From the NCBI GenBank assembly GCA_036012755.1, contig DASCPX010000016.1, positions 96,001 through 160,000 of the forward strand: a DNA stretch of 64,000 nt, given 5' to 3'. The notes under the pieces are model-generated. The model made no database searches. It was not told the origin of the DNA and saw nothing but the letters and a program-made list of their open reading frames with translations. Each line of letters opens with the position of its first letter. Positions within the stretch are counted from its first letter, which is position 1. Source of the DNA: Myxococcota bacterium (GTDB lineage: Bacteria; Myxococcota_A; UBA796; CAJQPC01). Positions 10,286 to 19,433 of this stretch are shown here, piece by piece. The position numbers and the translations under genes were made by a program.

Positions 10286-11218
10286 ATGCGCACGCTCTTC
10301 GTGATGGACCCGCTCGATCGGATCGACATCGCCGGCGACTCGACCTACGTGCTGATGCTCGAGAGCGTCCGTCGCGGCTTTCCGATCGCGATGTGCACGG
10401 TGGACACCCTCAGCGTGCGGGACAACCAGCCGTGGGCGGTGACGACGCCGGTGCACGTCACCGACGCGCCCCCGTACTTCCACCCTGGGGAAGCTCGGGG
10501 GGAGCCGCTGTCGGCCTACGACTGCGTGTGGATGCGCAAGGACCCGCCCTTCGACATGGACTACGTCTTCGCGACCTACCTGCTCGACCTCGCGGACTGC
10601 CTCGTCCTGAACGACCCGCGCACCATCAAGCTCGCCCAGGAGAAGCTCTACGCGCTCCAGTGGCCGGAGCTGTGCCCGCCGACCTTGGTCACCAACCGCC
10701 TGGCGGACGTGAGGGCCTTCGCCGCCGAGCATGACCGGGTCGTGCTGAAGCCCTGGGACGGCAACGGCGGTCGCGGCATCGTGATCACCCAGGAGGGTGA
10801 CCGGAACCTGGGCGCGCTCGTGGAGCTGTTGACGGACGAGGGCGGGAGCTACTGCATCGCCCAGCGCTACCTGCCCGCGATCGAGACAGGGGGGGACAAG
10901 CGCATCTTGCTCGTCGAGGGCGAGCTCCGCGGGTGGTTCGCGCGCATCCCGGGCAAGGACGATCACCGTGGGAACATGCACGTCGGAGCGAGTGTCATCA
11001 GCTACGAGCTGCCAGCACGGGACCGGGAGATCTGCGAGGCGCTGGCGCCCCGCCTGAAGGCCGAGGGCCTCGTCTTCGTAGGGATCGATGTGATCGGCGA
11101 ACACCTGACCGAGATCAACGTGACCAGCCCTACTGGCTTGCGAGAGGTGCAGGCTCTGCAGGGCCGTGATCTCGGAGCCGAGCTCATCGACGCGGCTCTG
11201 TCCCGGAGGTCGACGTGA
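10286..11218 (+). CDS. gshB: Glutathione synthetase
   Basis: FVMDP, MRKDPPFD, GDKRI, RGNMHVG, GIDVIG..LTEINVTSPTG. Confidence 0.95.
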   Translation: MRTLFVMDPLDRIDIAGDSTYVLMLESVRRGFPIAMCTVDTLSVRDNQPWAVTTPVHVTDAPPYFHPGEARGEPLSAYDCVWMRKDPPFDMDYVFATYLLDLADCLVLNDPRTIKLAQEKLYALQWPELCPPTLVTNRLADVRAFAAEHDRVVLKPWDGNGGRGIVITQEGDRNLGALVELLTDEGGSYCIAQRYLPAIETGGDKRILLVEGELRGWFARIPGKDDHRGNMHVGASVISYELPARDREICEALAPRLKAEGLVFVGIDVIGEHLTEINVTSPTGLREVQALQGRDLGAELIDAALSRRST

Positions 11219-12426
11219 TCCTGCTGTTTGCCACCCTGGCCCTCGCCGACGACGAGCCAGCGGTCGAAGCGAGCGAGACGATCACCGGCGACGCCGAGCG
11301 CCCGGAGCTCGGAGAGGTCGAGGAGCGTGCCTCTGAGGTCGACCTGGTGGAGGCCGAGGGCGAGTGGAACGCCCGAGTGGTCTACGGGGCGCGAGCCCTG
11401 TCGCTCGAAGAGGACTTCGTCGGGCAGGTTCAGCGAGGCTGCGAGCTCATCTTCGAGCGGCAGTACGGGACCGCGAAGAAGCACTGGAAGCAGATGGGCA
11501 AGGACTGGCCAGACCGCGGCATCGAGCACGCCGGGCACGTGTTGGTCTACCAGGCGCTGATGATGGAGAACTTCGACTTCGCCTGGGAGAAGTCCTACAA
11601 GAAGTCCAACGACGCAGCCATGGCCGAGCTCGAGCTGGCGATCGACGAGCCGGGCCGTGAAGGCTGGGACCACTTCCTCGCGGCGGCGATGCTGGGGGTG
11701 GAGGCGATCCACCTCATGCGCAAGGAGGACTACCTCCCCGCCATCTGGCGAGGCCTCGAGGCGGTCGAGCACGTCGACGTCGTGCGCCAGGTGGCACCGG
11801 ACTTCAAGGACGTGCTGCTCGGCGATGGCCTCTACAAGTACTGGCGGTCGGTGGTCACCATGTCCTACAAGGCGCTCCCGGACTTCGGCGACGAGCGCGC
11901 CGACGGCATCGCCGACATGGTGCAGGCGGAGAAGGAGGCCGTCTTCCTCGGGCCAGGCGCGACCCTGGCGCTGGCCTTCACCTGGATCGAGGAGCGCAAG
12001 ATGGACAAGGCGCTGTCCTCGACCTTGAAGAACCACCGAGCCTACCCGGACAACGTGGTCAACAACCTCGTGCTGTCCCGGGTCTACCTCTTCCAGAAGC
12101 GGTACAAGGACTCCAAGAAGATCCTCGACGAGGTGGTGGCCGATGCCCCCGAGAACGAGCGGGTCCACTACTACCTGGCGACGGTGAACCAGAAGCTGAA
12201 GGACTACTCGGCGGCCGAGGAGGAGATCGACCTCTACCTCAGCTTCGACTTGCTGCCCTACTACGAGGCCCAGGCCTATCACCGCAAGGGCGAGCTCTAC
12301 TTCCGCCGAAAGGACTACGCGACCGCGGAGGCGTGGTTCAAGAAGGCCGTGAAGACCGACGGCTACAAGCCCGCCAAGAGGCGCCTCGAGAAGCTCAAGA
12401 AGATGAGGAAGGACGGCGAGTACTGA
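11215..12426 (+). CDS. Exported tetratricopeptide-repeat protein
   Basis: Short signal peptide; C-terminal TPR-like helices (AQAYHRKGELYF...AEAWFKKAV). Confidence 0.75.
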   Translation: MILLFATLALADDEPAVEASETITGDAERPELGEVEERASEVDLVEAEGEWNARVVYGARALSLEEDFVGQVQRGCELIFERQYGTAKKHWKQMGKDWPDRGIEHAGHVLVYQALMMENFDFAWEKSYKKSNDAAMAELELAIDEPGREGWDHFLAAAMLGVEAIHLMRKEDYLPAIWRGLEAVEHVDVVRQVAPDFKDVLLGDGLYKYWRSVVTMSYKALPDFGDERADGIADMVQAEKEAVFLGPGATLALAFTWIEERKMDKALSSTLKNHRAYPDNVVNNLVLSRVYLFQKRYKDSKKILDEVVADAPENERVHYYLATVNQKLKDYSAAEEEIDLYLSFDLLPYYEAQAYHRKGELYFRRKDYATAEAWFKKAVKTDGYKPAKRRLEKLKKMRKDGEY

Positions 12427-12443
12427 CGTCGCCCAGAGTATTT

Positions 12444-12477
12444 CGGGGGCCGACTCCCTCTCGAGAGCCGACCCCCG
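12444..12477 (-). terminator. GC-rich hairpin between convergent genes (possible terminator or 3' stabiliser)
   Basis: Minus-strand 15-bp stem with three G-U pairs and a GAGA loop; no U-tract. Confidence 0.45.
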
Positions 12478-12569
12478 GGTGGGGTCTCCGCTGCGGGCCC
12501 AGGCACAGGGACATCGCTGCGGGGAGGGGGGCGGCCGTCACCCCGCGCCTCCAATTCGAAGTGGGAAGA

Positions 12570-13409
12570 TCAGTCTGGGATGAACAGCTCCATTCCGACC
12601 TGAAGTGCGTTGGAGCCGTGGAGGAGGTCCTCGTTGGCGTCGCGGATCTGCTCCCAGCGGTTGCTGGTTCCGTAGACCTTCTGCGACACGACGCTGAGGT
12701 TGTCTCCCTTGGACACGACGTAGATGCGGGGAACTGCGGGCTCGACGGCGACCGGGGCCTCTGCTGGCTCGGGGGCTACCTCTACGACCGGTGCGATCAC
12801 CTCGGCGGGCGGCTCTTCTGCGGTGGAGACCTCGGCCGGGTCGTCCCCCACGAGCACGCTGCCGAGCAGCGCCAGGATGCAGACGACACCGACCACGGAG
12901 GTCGCGCTCATCCACAGGCGCGCCTTGTCGGTCAGCTCGCGAACGCTGCGCTCGAGGCGGGTGTTCTCCGCCCGGAGTCGGCGGGCCTCGTCGCGCAGGG
13001 TGTGGAGCTCGCCGCGGGTAGCGGCCATGACCTTGTCGTCGCGGGACGACCGGGAGCTCGCGTCCCTGGAAGCCGCGACGGACTCGCGCAGGCCAGGAGG
13101 CAGGCGCACGCCGCAAGCGCTGGTCGCGTCCAGCTGGGCGATGGCGTCCTGCCAGCGCTTCTGGGCTACGAACACCTTGGCGAGGAGCAGGTGCGCCTGG
13201 CCGTCGTGGGGGTCGAGACACAGCAGCATGCGCAGGCGGTCCCGGGCCTTGTTGAGCTGGCCACCGCGGGCGAGCTCCACAGCTTCGTCGAAGAGGTCGG
13301 CGGTCGCATCGACCCCGCGATCTTCGAGGACTTCTGCGATTCTGCGAGCACCTCCGGCACCGTGGCCGCGGGGGTCCTCGTCGAAGGGGATCGGATCGGG
13401 TGCTGGCAT
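12570..13409 (-). CDS. Membrane-anchored TPR / coiled-coil / LysM protein
   Basis: TPR-like N-terminus, one TM, C-terminal LysM YVVSKGDNLSVVSQKVYG...LQVGMELFIP. Start chosen at ATG 13409. Confidence 0.85.
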   Translation of the reverse strand: MPAPDPIPFDEDPRGHGAGGARRIAEVLEDRGVDATADLFDEAVELARGGQLNKARDRLRMLLCLDPHDGQAHLLLAKVFVAQKRWQDAIAQLDATSACGVRLPPGLRESVAASRDASSRSSRDDKVMAATRGELHTLRDEARRLRAENTRLERSVRELTDKARLWMSATSVVGVVCILALLGSVLVGDDPAEVSTAEEPPAEVIAPVVEVAPEPAEAPVAVEPAVPRIYVVSKGDNLSVVSQKVYGTSNRWEQIRDANEDLLHGSNALQVGMELFIPD

Positions 13410-13542
13410 CTGGGGCGGGGGTGGGCTGGCTAGGAGGGAGGGGGATGCCGGCCCGGGAGGAGATCGAAGAGGACCACGTAAGTGTCGACTCGTCAAGACT
13501 TTTTCTGCGAGCGATCCTTGGAGGTGTCAGATAGACGCGGCC

Positions 13543-15015
13543 ATGGCGCGAGATCGCAAACCGCCTCGATCCGGTCGGCACCCGCCCCACCGGCGCCGAG
13601 AGGACAGCCTCGTCGTGACGCCGAGCTTCTGGAGCCCGCGCGGCGAAGCCGTGTGTCCGGGACAGCGCAAGCCGCTCCTGGTCTGGCAGGGAATCCCCGG
13701 GGACCAGTGTCGGGTCCAGGTCCGCGCTCGCGGCAGCCAGCAGGTCTACACGCACTGGTGCGAGTCTCGCGTCCCGGATCCGCGTCGAGTGGAGCCGGTC
13801 TGCGACCGCTTCCACCCCTGCGGCGGGTGTCCGCTGATGCACGTTGTCCCAGAGGCGCAGCAGGACGCCCGGGTCTGGCTCGTCGCGGCGGCGCTGGAGC
13901 GCGCTGGAATCGGTGACGTCGAGGTGTCCCCGATCAAGCGCAGCCCAGACGGCGAGCTCGGCTTCCGCCACGTCCTGAAGCTCCTCGCCGGACGCTCGGA
14001 TCGCGGGAATCCCCAGCTCGGTGCCCCGGGCCGCTTCACGCGCCGCGTCGTGCCCATCCCCGAGTGCCACGTCGTGCACCCGGACCTGCGCCGCCTGACC
14101 AAGTCCGCCGCCCACCACATGATCGACCTGGACGTGTGGCCCTTCGACGGAGAGCGAGGGCTGCTCCGCTACGTGCAAGCCCGCCGTTCGCGCAAGACCG
14201 GCGAGCTCCTGGTGACGATCGTCGCCCGGTACGAAGCCCGGGTGCTGTCGACCTACGCAGAGGCCATCGCCCATGCCGTCGACAACGTCATCGGCGTGCA
14301 CCTGCACATCAACGAGCGCCAGGACAACGCCATCTTCGAGCGCGACGAGGAGGGCGAGATCCCGACCCGGTGTCTGCTCGGCGAGGGTTTCCTCCTCGAG
14401 TCCCTCGTCGGCGTCGACTACCACGTGGGTCCAGCGGACTTCTTCCAGACCAACCCGAGCGTCGCCGAGGTCCTCTACCGGGACGTCATCGAGGCCGCCT
14501 CCTTCGGTGGGGACGCAGACGGGATCCCCGTGGTCGACCTCTACAGTGGGGTCGGCGGCTTCGCCCTCGCCCTCGCCCCGGAGACCGGCTGGGCCCTGGG
14601 GGTCGAGGCCAACGCCAGCGCCGTCCGTCGGGCTCGCGAGGCAGCCCGCAACGGGCGCGTGCCCGCGGAGTTCGTCCGAGGGCTCGTCGCTGACGTGCTG
14701 CCCGATCTGAGAAAGCGCCTCGAAGATCGGCGGCCGGTCGTCGTCGTCGATCCGGCGCGCCGTGGTCTCGAAGCAGAGGTCGCCGAGGGCATCCTCTCGC
14801 TCCACCCGCGCCGGGTCGTCTACGTCAGCTGTTCCCCGCGCAGCCTCGCCGCGGACCTCGCCGACTTCATGGAGAGGGGGTGGACCGTGTCCACCCTCCA
14901 GCCCTACGACATGTTCCCCCAGACCGCGCACGTGGAGCTCATGGCCGTGCTCGATCCGCCGGACGCCGAGCTGGCCCCCGCCAAGCGGGCTCCCCGCCGG
15001 CGGATCGTCCGCTGA
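13543..15015 (+). CDS. rlmD: 23S rRNA (uracil-C5)-methyltransferase, RlmD/TrmA family
   Basis: C-x5-CGGC Fe-S motif, FFQTN, DLYSGVG, VDPARRGL, YVSCSP, DMFPQTAHVE. Confidence 0.9.
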   Translation: MARDRKPPRSGRHPPHRRREDSLVVTPSFWSPRGEAVCPGQRKPLLVWQGIPGDQCRVQVRARGSQQVYTHWCESRVPDPRRVEPVCDRFHPCGGCPLMHVVPEAQQDARVWLVAAALERAGIGDVEVSPIKRSPDGELGFRHVLKLLAGRSDRGNPQLGAPGRFTRRVVPIPECHVVHPDLRRLTKSAAHHMIDLDVWPFDGERGLLRYVQARRSRKTGELLVTIVARYEARVLSTYAEAIAHAVDNVIGVHLHINERQDNAIFERDEEGEIPTRCLLGEGFLLESLVGVDYHVGPADFFQTNPSVAEVLYRDVIEAASFGGDADGIPVVDLYSGVGGFALALAPETGWALGVEANASAVRRAREAARNGRVPAEFVRGLVADVLPDLRKRLEDRRPVVVVDPARRGLEAEVAEGILSLHPRRVVYVSCSPRSLAADLADFMERGWTVSTLQPYDMFPQTAHVELMAVLDPPDAELAPAKRAPRRRIVR

Positions 15016-15028
15016 TACGCTGCCGGGC

Positions 15029-16537
15029 ATGCTCGGACTGCTCCTCTGCCTGATGAACCCGGCGCTCGCGGAAGATCTGCGCGAGCCGACCCGCGTCTTC
15101 GTCTCCGAGTTCCAGGCCTCCAGCAAGGAAGCCGAGAGCCTGGCGGTGCTGCTGTCGGGCTTCCTCTCTTCCCAGCTGGGGGACCACCCGGATCTCGTCA
15201 GCATCCCCGCGAGCGCCGCCCCCGACTTCGGCGAGTACAGCGCCCGGGTCTACCTCCTGTCCTGCCCTCCCGGCGAGTACCTCGGCTGCGCCTTCGTCGT
15301 CGGCGACCGGGTCGAGGCGCGCTACGCCATCGCCGGCACCGTCGCGACCACGACCAGCGGCAGTGTCGTCCACGTCACCATCATCGACGTCTGGAACTCC
15401 CGCGAGGCCCTGGCCTTCGACGCGGAGCTCGGGCTCGGGGACGACCAGGCCTTCGCAGAGGGCGTCGCCCAGATCCTCGTCGCCGTGATCGAAGGGCGCG
15501 AGGGGCGTCACGACGACATTCGTGAGTTCGACGACCCGGAGCTGGAGGCCCAGGCCCGCGCCGACGCCGAGCTGGCCTCTCGCCAGCTGGCTGCCCTCGC
15601 CGCCGAGATCGGCGACGTCACCACGCTGACCTCTCGTGGTGGTGGTGCCATCGATCGCCCCGAGTACACCCTCGGGGACCTCGAGCTGGAAAGTCGCACG
15701 GACGCCCGGCCAGCCTGGGAGATGCTCGGCATGACCCCGGGCGAGTACATCAAGTACAAGAACTCGGGCCTGACCGTGCTCCAGTGGCGGGATCTCGCGG
15801 CGGGCCGCCGGCACCAGGTCGTCGTGCGCATGGGCGGCCTGGTCTCCCTCGGACCGTGGTCGTCGACCTACGAGGGCTGGTACGCCCAGGACAGCACCAC
15901 CGGCGAGGTCATGGAGGCCAAGGCCTGGCAGGCCCGGTCGGCCAGCTCCGGATCCGGCGGTACGGCCTGGGTGGGCTTCGGCGTGCACCCGCTGCTCGAG
16001 GTGGACCTCGGCCTGGGCGCCGTCTCCGGCCGCTACTACATGCACATCCAGCAGGAGATCGTCGGAGATGAGCCCATCGTGCGCGACGGCGTCGACTTCG
16101 GCGCTCCCAACTTCCTCGTCGGCGCTCGGGTGATCGGAGCTCCCCTGCCGACGCACACGCTGCGTCCCCAGCTCGGCATCGGGGCGCTGTACGTCATCGG
16201 CGAGGGCAACGAGAGGAACCAGATTCCGGCTTCTGCCACGACCCTGCCGAGCTTCGCGGGAAACCACCTCCTGCTCATACAGGTGCTCCCCGGGGCCGAG
16301 GTCAGCTTGTCCGACACGCTCGATCTGTACCTGGTCGTGCCGCTGTCGGCTGTCATCGCCGGCCAACCGCAGAGGACCTGGAGCGGCGAAGCGAAGACCC
16401 CGGGCGCCCTCCAGACCTACCAGGACCCCGCGGCCGCTCCGATCTTCAGCGCCGGGGCCGAAGCCGGCTTCGCGGTTCGGCTCGGTGGCGGTCCGAAGCC
16501 TATGCCCAGGTTCGACGACCTGGACGAGCCCGAATGA
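15029..16537 (+). CDS. Exported hypothetical protein, possible C-terminal beta-barrel
   Basis: Signal peptide MLGLLLCLMNPALA; alternating amphipathic strands in the C-terminal half. Confidence 0.65.
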   Translation: MLGLLLCLMNPALAEDLREPTRVFVSEFQASSKEAESLAVLLSGFLSSQLGDHPDLVSIPASAAPDFGEYSARVYLLSCPPGEYLGCAFVVGDRVEARYAIAGTVATTTSGSVVHVTIIDVWNSREALAFDAELGLGDDQAFAEGVAQILVAVIEGREGRHDDIREFDDPELEAQARADAELASRQLAALAAEIGDVTTLTSRGGGAIDRPEYTLGDLELESRTDARPAWEMLGMTPGEYIKYKNSGLTVLQWRDLAAGRRHQVVVRMGGLVSLGPWSSTYEGWYAQDSTTGEVMEAKAWQARSASSGSGGTAWVGFGVHPLLEVDLGLGAVSGRYYMHIQQEIVGDEPIVRDGVDFGAPNFLVGARVIGAPLPTHTLRPQLGIGALYVIGEGNERNQIPASATTLPSFAGNHLLLIQVLPGAEVSLSDTLDLYLVVPLSAVIAGQPQRTWSGEAKTPGALQTYQDPAAAPIFSAGAEAGFAVRLGGGPKPMPRFDDLDEPE

Positions 16538-17541
16538 ACCGTCGCACGGCTCTGAAAGGGGGCGCGGCCGCCGTCGCCCTGGTCGCGCTCGGGCTCGGAG
16601 GGGCCATCCACTTCAGCCGCAACAAGGGCAGCACGAAGTCGGACATGATCTCTGGCCGCTGGGATCTCGTCGGCGAGGGGCACTGGCTCCTGCCCGGGCT
16701 GCGCGACGCCCAGATGTTCGTGCCCGACCGCCCCCACTCCAAGGCCGAGGCGATGGACGCCGCGCTGAGGGCGAAGATCAAGCGGCTCCGGCGCTTCTCG
16801 GTCAACAGCAACGACTGGCGCATGCGGGGGCTGCGCGAGTGCACGGACGCGCCGGCAGAGGGTGTCTTCCGCATCGCCTGCCTGGGCGACTCGGTGACCT
16901 TCGGTTGGGGGGTCGAGGACCACGAGGCCTGGCCTGCCCTGGTGGAGCAGCGCCTGCGCGATCGCGGCGTGAACGCAGAGGTGCTCAACGTCGGCGTTCC
17001 TGCTCAGCGCGTCGAGGCGATGTGTGCCTGGATCCGCAGCGCGGGCCCGCGGCTCGGTCTGCACGGGGTGGTCATCGCAGAGCGCGTCGAGGGCCAGCGC
17101 CCCGAGCAGTACGCCAAGCTCGTCAGAGACGCGCTGCTCTACATCGCCCCGGCGAAGGCGATGCTGGCGCTCCCCCCCATCTCCCGCTTCGATGCACGCG
17201 GGCGCGAGAGCTACCGCGTCGAGCACCGGCGTCTGCAAGAGAGCATGGGTCGAACCCCGGTGGTCGAGCTGACGGACAGGCTCTGGGCCGCCCAGACCGA
17301 GACCGGCGTCGATCTGAGGGTCGAGGGCGACAGCTTCGTCGTCTTCCGGCGCGACACCGGAGAGGTCCTGCTCGAGGCCCGCCACCAGGGGCCGGACCTG
17401 CCAGCGTCCATCTACGCGCTCTTCGACGAAGACGACTCCGTGAAGGAGCCGCTGTTCTTCGACGAGGGTCACCCGGACGCCGAGGGCTTCCATGTCTTCG
17501 CAGATGGCGTCGTCGAGACCATGGACTCGTGGTTCTCCTGA
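16534..17541 (+). CDS. SGNH/GDSL hydrolase family protein
   Basis: RIACLGDSVTFGWGV, VLNVGVP, DEGHP; RR-containing N-terminus (possible Tat signal). Confidence 0.85.
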   Translation: MNRRTALKGGAAAVALVALGLGGAIHFSRNKGSTKSDMISGRWDLVGEGHWLLPGLRDAQMFVPDRPHSKAEAMDAALRAKIKRLRRFSVNSNDWRMRGLRECTDAPAEGVFRIACLGDSVTFGWGVEDHEAWPALVEQRLRDRGVNAEVLNVGVPAQRVEAMCAWIRSAGPRLGLHGVVIAERVEGQRPEQYAKLVRDALLYIAPAKAMLALPPISRFDARGRESYRVEHRRLQESMGRTPVVELTDRLWAAQTETGVDLRVEGDSFVVFRRDTGEVLLEARHQGPDLPASIYALFDEDDSVKEPLFFDEGHPDAEGFHVFADGVVETMDSWFS

Positions 17542-18236
17542 TCGCAGCGGGCACGGCCACCCTCGGCGACGGTCGCGCACCCGACAGCCCCACCCGAGAG
17601 GTCGAGCTCGAGGCCTACCGGATCGACCAGACGGAGGTCAGCATCGCCGCCTTCGAGGCCTGGGTCGAAGAGGGCTACGCGACGCGGGCTCACTGGAGCG
17701 ACGCGGGCTGGGAATGGGCCCAGGCCCATCCGCAGGGGGCTGGGCCCGAGCTCCGAGCTGGCGACCGGAGCGGCGAGCACCCCGTGGTTGCCGTCACCTT
17801 CTGGGAGGCCGAGGCCTTCTGTGCGGCCGGAAGCGGTCGGCTCCCCACCGAGGCCGAGTGGGAGCACGCCGCCTGCGCGCACGGCTCTCGCTACGCCTGG
17901 GGTGACTCGGTGGAGGCCGCCGCCGTCTGGTACGCCGGCGACAAGTACGGCCACGTCGCCAGCATCGCGACGGCACCGGTCTCAGAGCAGGACCCGACGC
18001 TCGCGAGCCCGGCGGGGCTCTTGCACACAGCTGGCAACGTGTGGGAGTGGACCGCGTCCAGCTACCACCGGGATCCGAGCTTCGAGCAACAGACCCCTTG
18101 GCGCGTCGTGCGCGGGGGGAGCTTCGCGAACCTGCCCAGCTACTGCACCTGCACCCACCGGGAACCTCGTGTTCCGGAGGACGCGATGATGACGACGGGC
18201 TTCCGCTGCGCCTACGCGGCGGACCAGGCTGGCTAG
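17529..18236 (+). CDS. FGE-sulfatase (SUMF1/EgtB/PvdO) domain protein
   Basis: TEVS, HPVVAVTFWEAEAFC, RLPTEAEWEHAA, GNVWEW, RGGSF, GFRCA. Confidence 0.9.
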   Translation: MVLLIAAGTATLGDGRAPDSPTREVELEAYRIDQTEVSIAAFEAWVEEGYATRAHWSDAGWEWAQAHPQGAGPELRAGDRSGEHPVVAVTFWEAEAFCAAGSGRLPTEAEWEHAACAHGSRYAWGDSVEAAAVWYAGDKYGHVASIATAPVSEQDPTLASPAGLLHTAGNVWEWTASSYHRDPSFEQQTPWRVVRGGSFANLPSYCTCTHREPRVPEDAMMTTGFRCAYAADQAG

Positions 18237-18445
18237 TTGAGATCCTCGGGGGCGCCGAAGATCGCAGGGAAGAGCTCCTGCAGCAGTCGATCGGGCACGT
18301 CCTTTTCCGGGATCAGGACCTCGTCGAGGGTTCCGGCGAGGTAGCGCTCGCGCAGGTCGTCGACGTAGGCGCTGCGATCGTCAGAAGCAGGAACGGCCGG
18401 GCGCTGGGAGGCGCTCGGTTCGATGAGACGGAGGTTGCGGTTCAT
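18233..18445 (-). CDS. Small protein, FlgM-like anti-sigma-28 candidate
   Basis: DRSAYVDDLRERYLAGTL...VPDRLL resembles the FlgM C-terminal pattern; directly downstream of the sigma-28 gene. Confidence 0.55.
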   Translation of the reverse strand: MNRNLRLIEPSASQRPAVPASDDRSAYVDDLRERYLAGTLDEVLIPEKDVPDRLLQELFPAIFGAPEDLN

Positions 18446-18495
18446 CAGGAGACCCTCGACACAGCCTCCGAGGGACCATCCTCGACCGCTGTTTC

Positions 18496-19230
18496 CTAAT
18501 GAACGGTCCGGGCCAGGCGGAACTTGAGTCTTTTGATCCCGGCGCTGCGAAGCTGGCAGGCGCGGGACTCGGTGACACCGAGGACCTGGCCGATCTCCTT
18601 GAGGGTCAACTCGTGGAGGTAGTAGAGCGCGACGGCTGTGCGCTCCTTCTTGGGGAGGTTGTGCACCGCCTGGATGACCTGGGCCTTGAGCTCGTCCTTG
18701 CTCCAGGTGCTGAGGAAGTCCTCGTCGTTGCTCTCGACCCGGTCGACCAGCGGGGTGTGGTTCTCGTCGTCGATCGGGGCGTCGAGGCTGACCAGCTTGC
18801 GGATGCGGGCGTCACCGGTGAGGTTCTCGTAGGCCTTCATGCTCAGCTCGAGTTCCTTCGCCATCTCCTCACGCGTCGGGGCCCGGTCCAGCGCCCGAAG
18901 GAGCTTGCCGCGCGCGGCCTCGATGCGGTTGACCTTGCGGCGGACGCTGCGCGGGACCCAGTCGGCCTCGCGGAGGGCGTCGACGATGGCGCCGCGGATG
19001 CGAATCTCGGCGTAGGCCTTGAAGGGCACGTTGCGGCTGGGGTCGAAGCGATCGACCGCGTCGATGAGACCGAGCGCGCCGACGTTGACCAGCTCGTCGA
19101 GGTCCACGCTGGCGGGGAAGCGACGGATCATGCGGGAAGCGATGGTCCGAACCAGCGGGTAGTGCGCGAGGATGAGCTCTTCGCGGTTTGTCGAGGAAGT
19201 CGGGGTCGAAAGCGCGGTGGCTGCGGGCAT
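18496..19230 (-). CDS. fliA: RNA polymerase sigma factor, FliA/WhiG (sigma-28) family
   Basis: GLIDAVDRFDP, YAEIRIRGAIVDALR..DWVPRSVR, ELTLKEIGQVLGVTESRACQL. ATG 19230 has a GGAGAG RBS. Confidence 0.92.
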   Translation of the reverse strand: MPAATALSTPTSSTNREELILAHYPLVRTIASRMIRRFPASVDLDELVNVGALGLIDAVDRFDPSRNVPFKAYAEIRIRGAIVDALREADWVPRSVRRKVNRIEAARGKLLRALDRAPTREEMAKELELSMKAYENLTGDARIRKLVSLDAPIDDENHTPLVDRVESNDEDFLSTWSKDELKAQVIQAVHNLPKKERTAVALYYLHELTLKEIGQVLGVTESRACQLRSAGIKRLKFRLARTVH

Positions 19231-19264
19231 GGTCTCTCCGAACCGGGGTCTCGCCGGAGGACAA

Positions 19265-19280
19265 AGCAAGGCCTGTGCCA
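19265..19280 (-). promoter_or_regulatory. Sigma-54 (-24/-12) promoter upstream of the sigma-28 gene
   Basis: Minus strand TGGCAC-AGGCC-TTGCT, an exact match to TGGCAC-N5-TTGCW. Confidence 0.85.
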
Positions 19281-19297
19281 GATCGTTCACAACGGAA

Positions 19298-19310
19298 TTT
19301 CAGCTACTTG
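19298..19310. promoter_or_regulatory. Possible IHF site
   Basis: TTTCAGCTACTTG, one mismatch to WATCARNNNNTTR, just upstream of the sigma-54 promoter. Confidence 0.5.
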
Positions 19311-19433
19311 AGCCGGAATACCAGGGGATACGATTCTATACAGTGAATAGGAATGCACCCCCCTGATGCGGATCCCAGGCCTATCCACCCCCCTTCGTTC
19401 CAGGGATCGGAATCTCGGCGGTGAAGCGTTAGG

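Noticed and set aside
12427..12569. SRP RNA, c-di-AMP riboswitch or self-cleaving ribozyme
   Set aside because: Only fragmentary resemblance; the diagnostic cores (SRP GGAA loop motif, hammerhead CUGANGA) are absent, and the element lies downstream of both genes.
18446..18495. Sigma-28 promoter in front of the FlgM-like ORF
   Set aside because: A GTCGA -10-like element is present, but no -35 element at the correct spacing.
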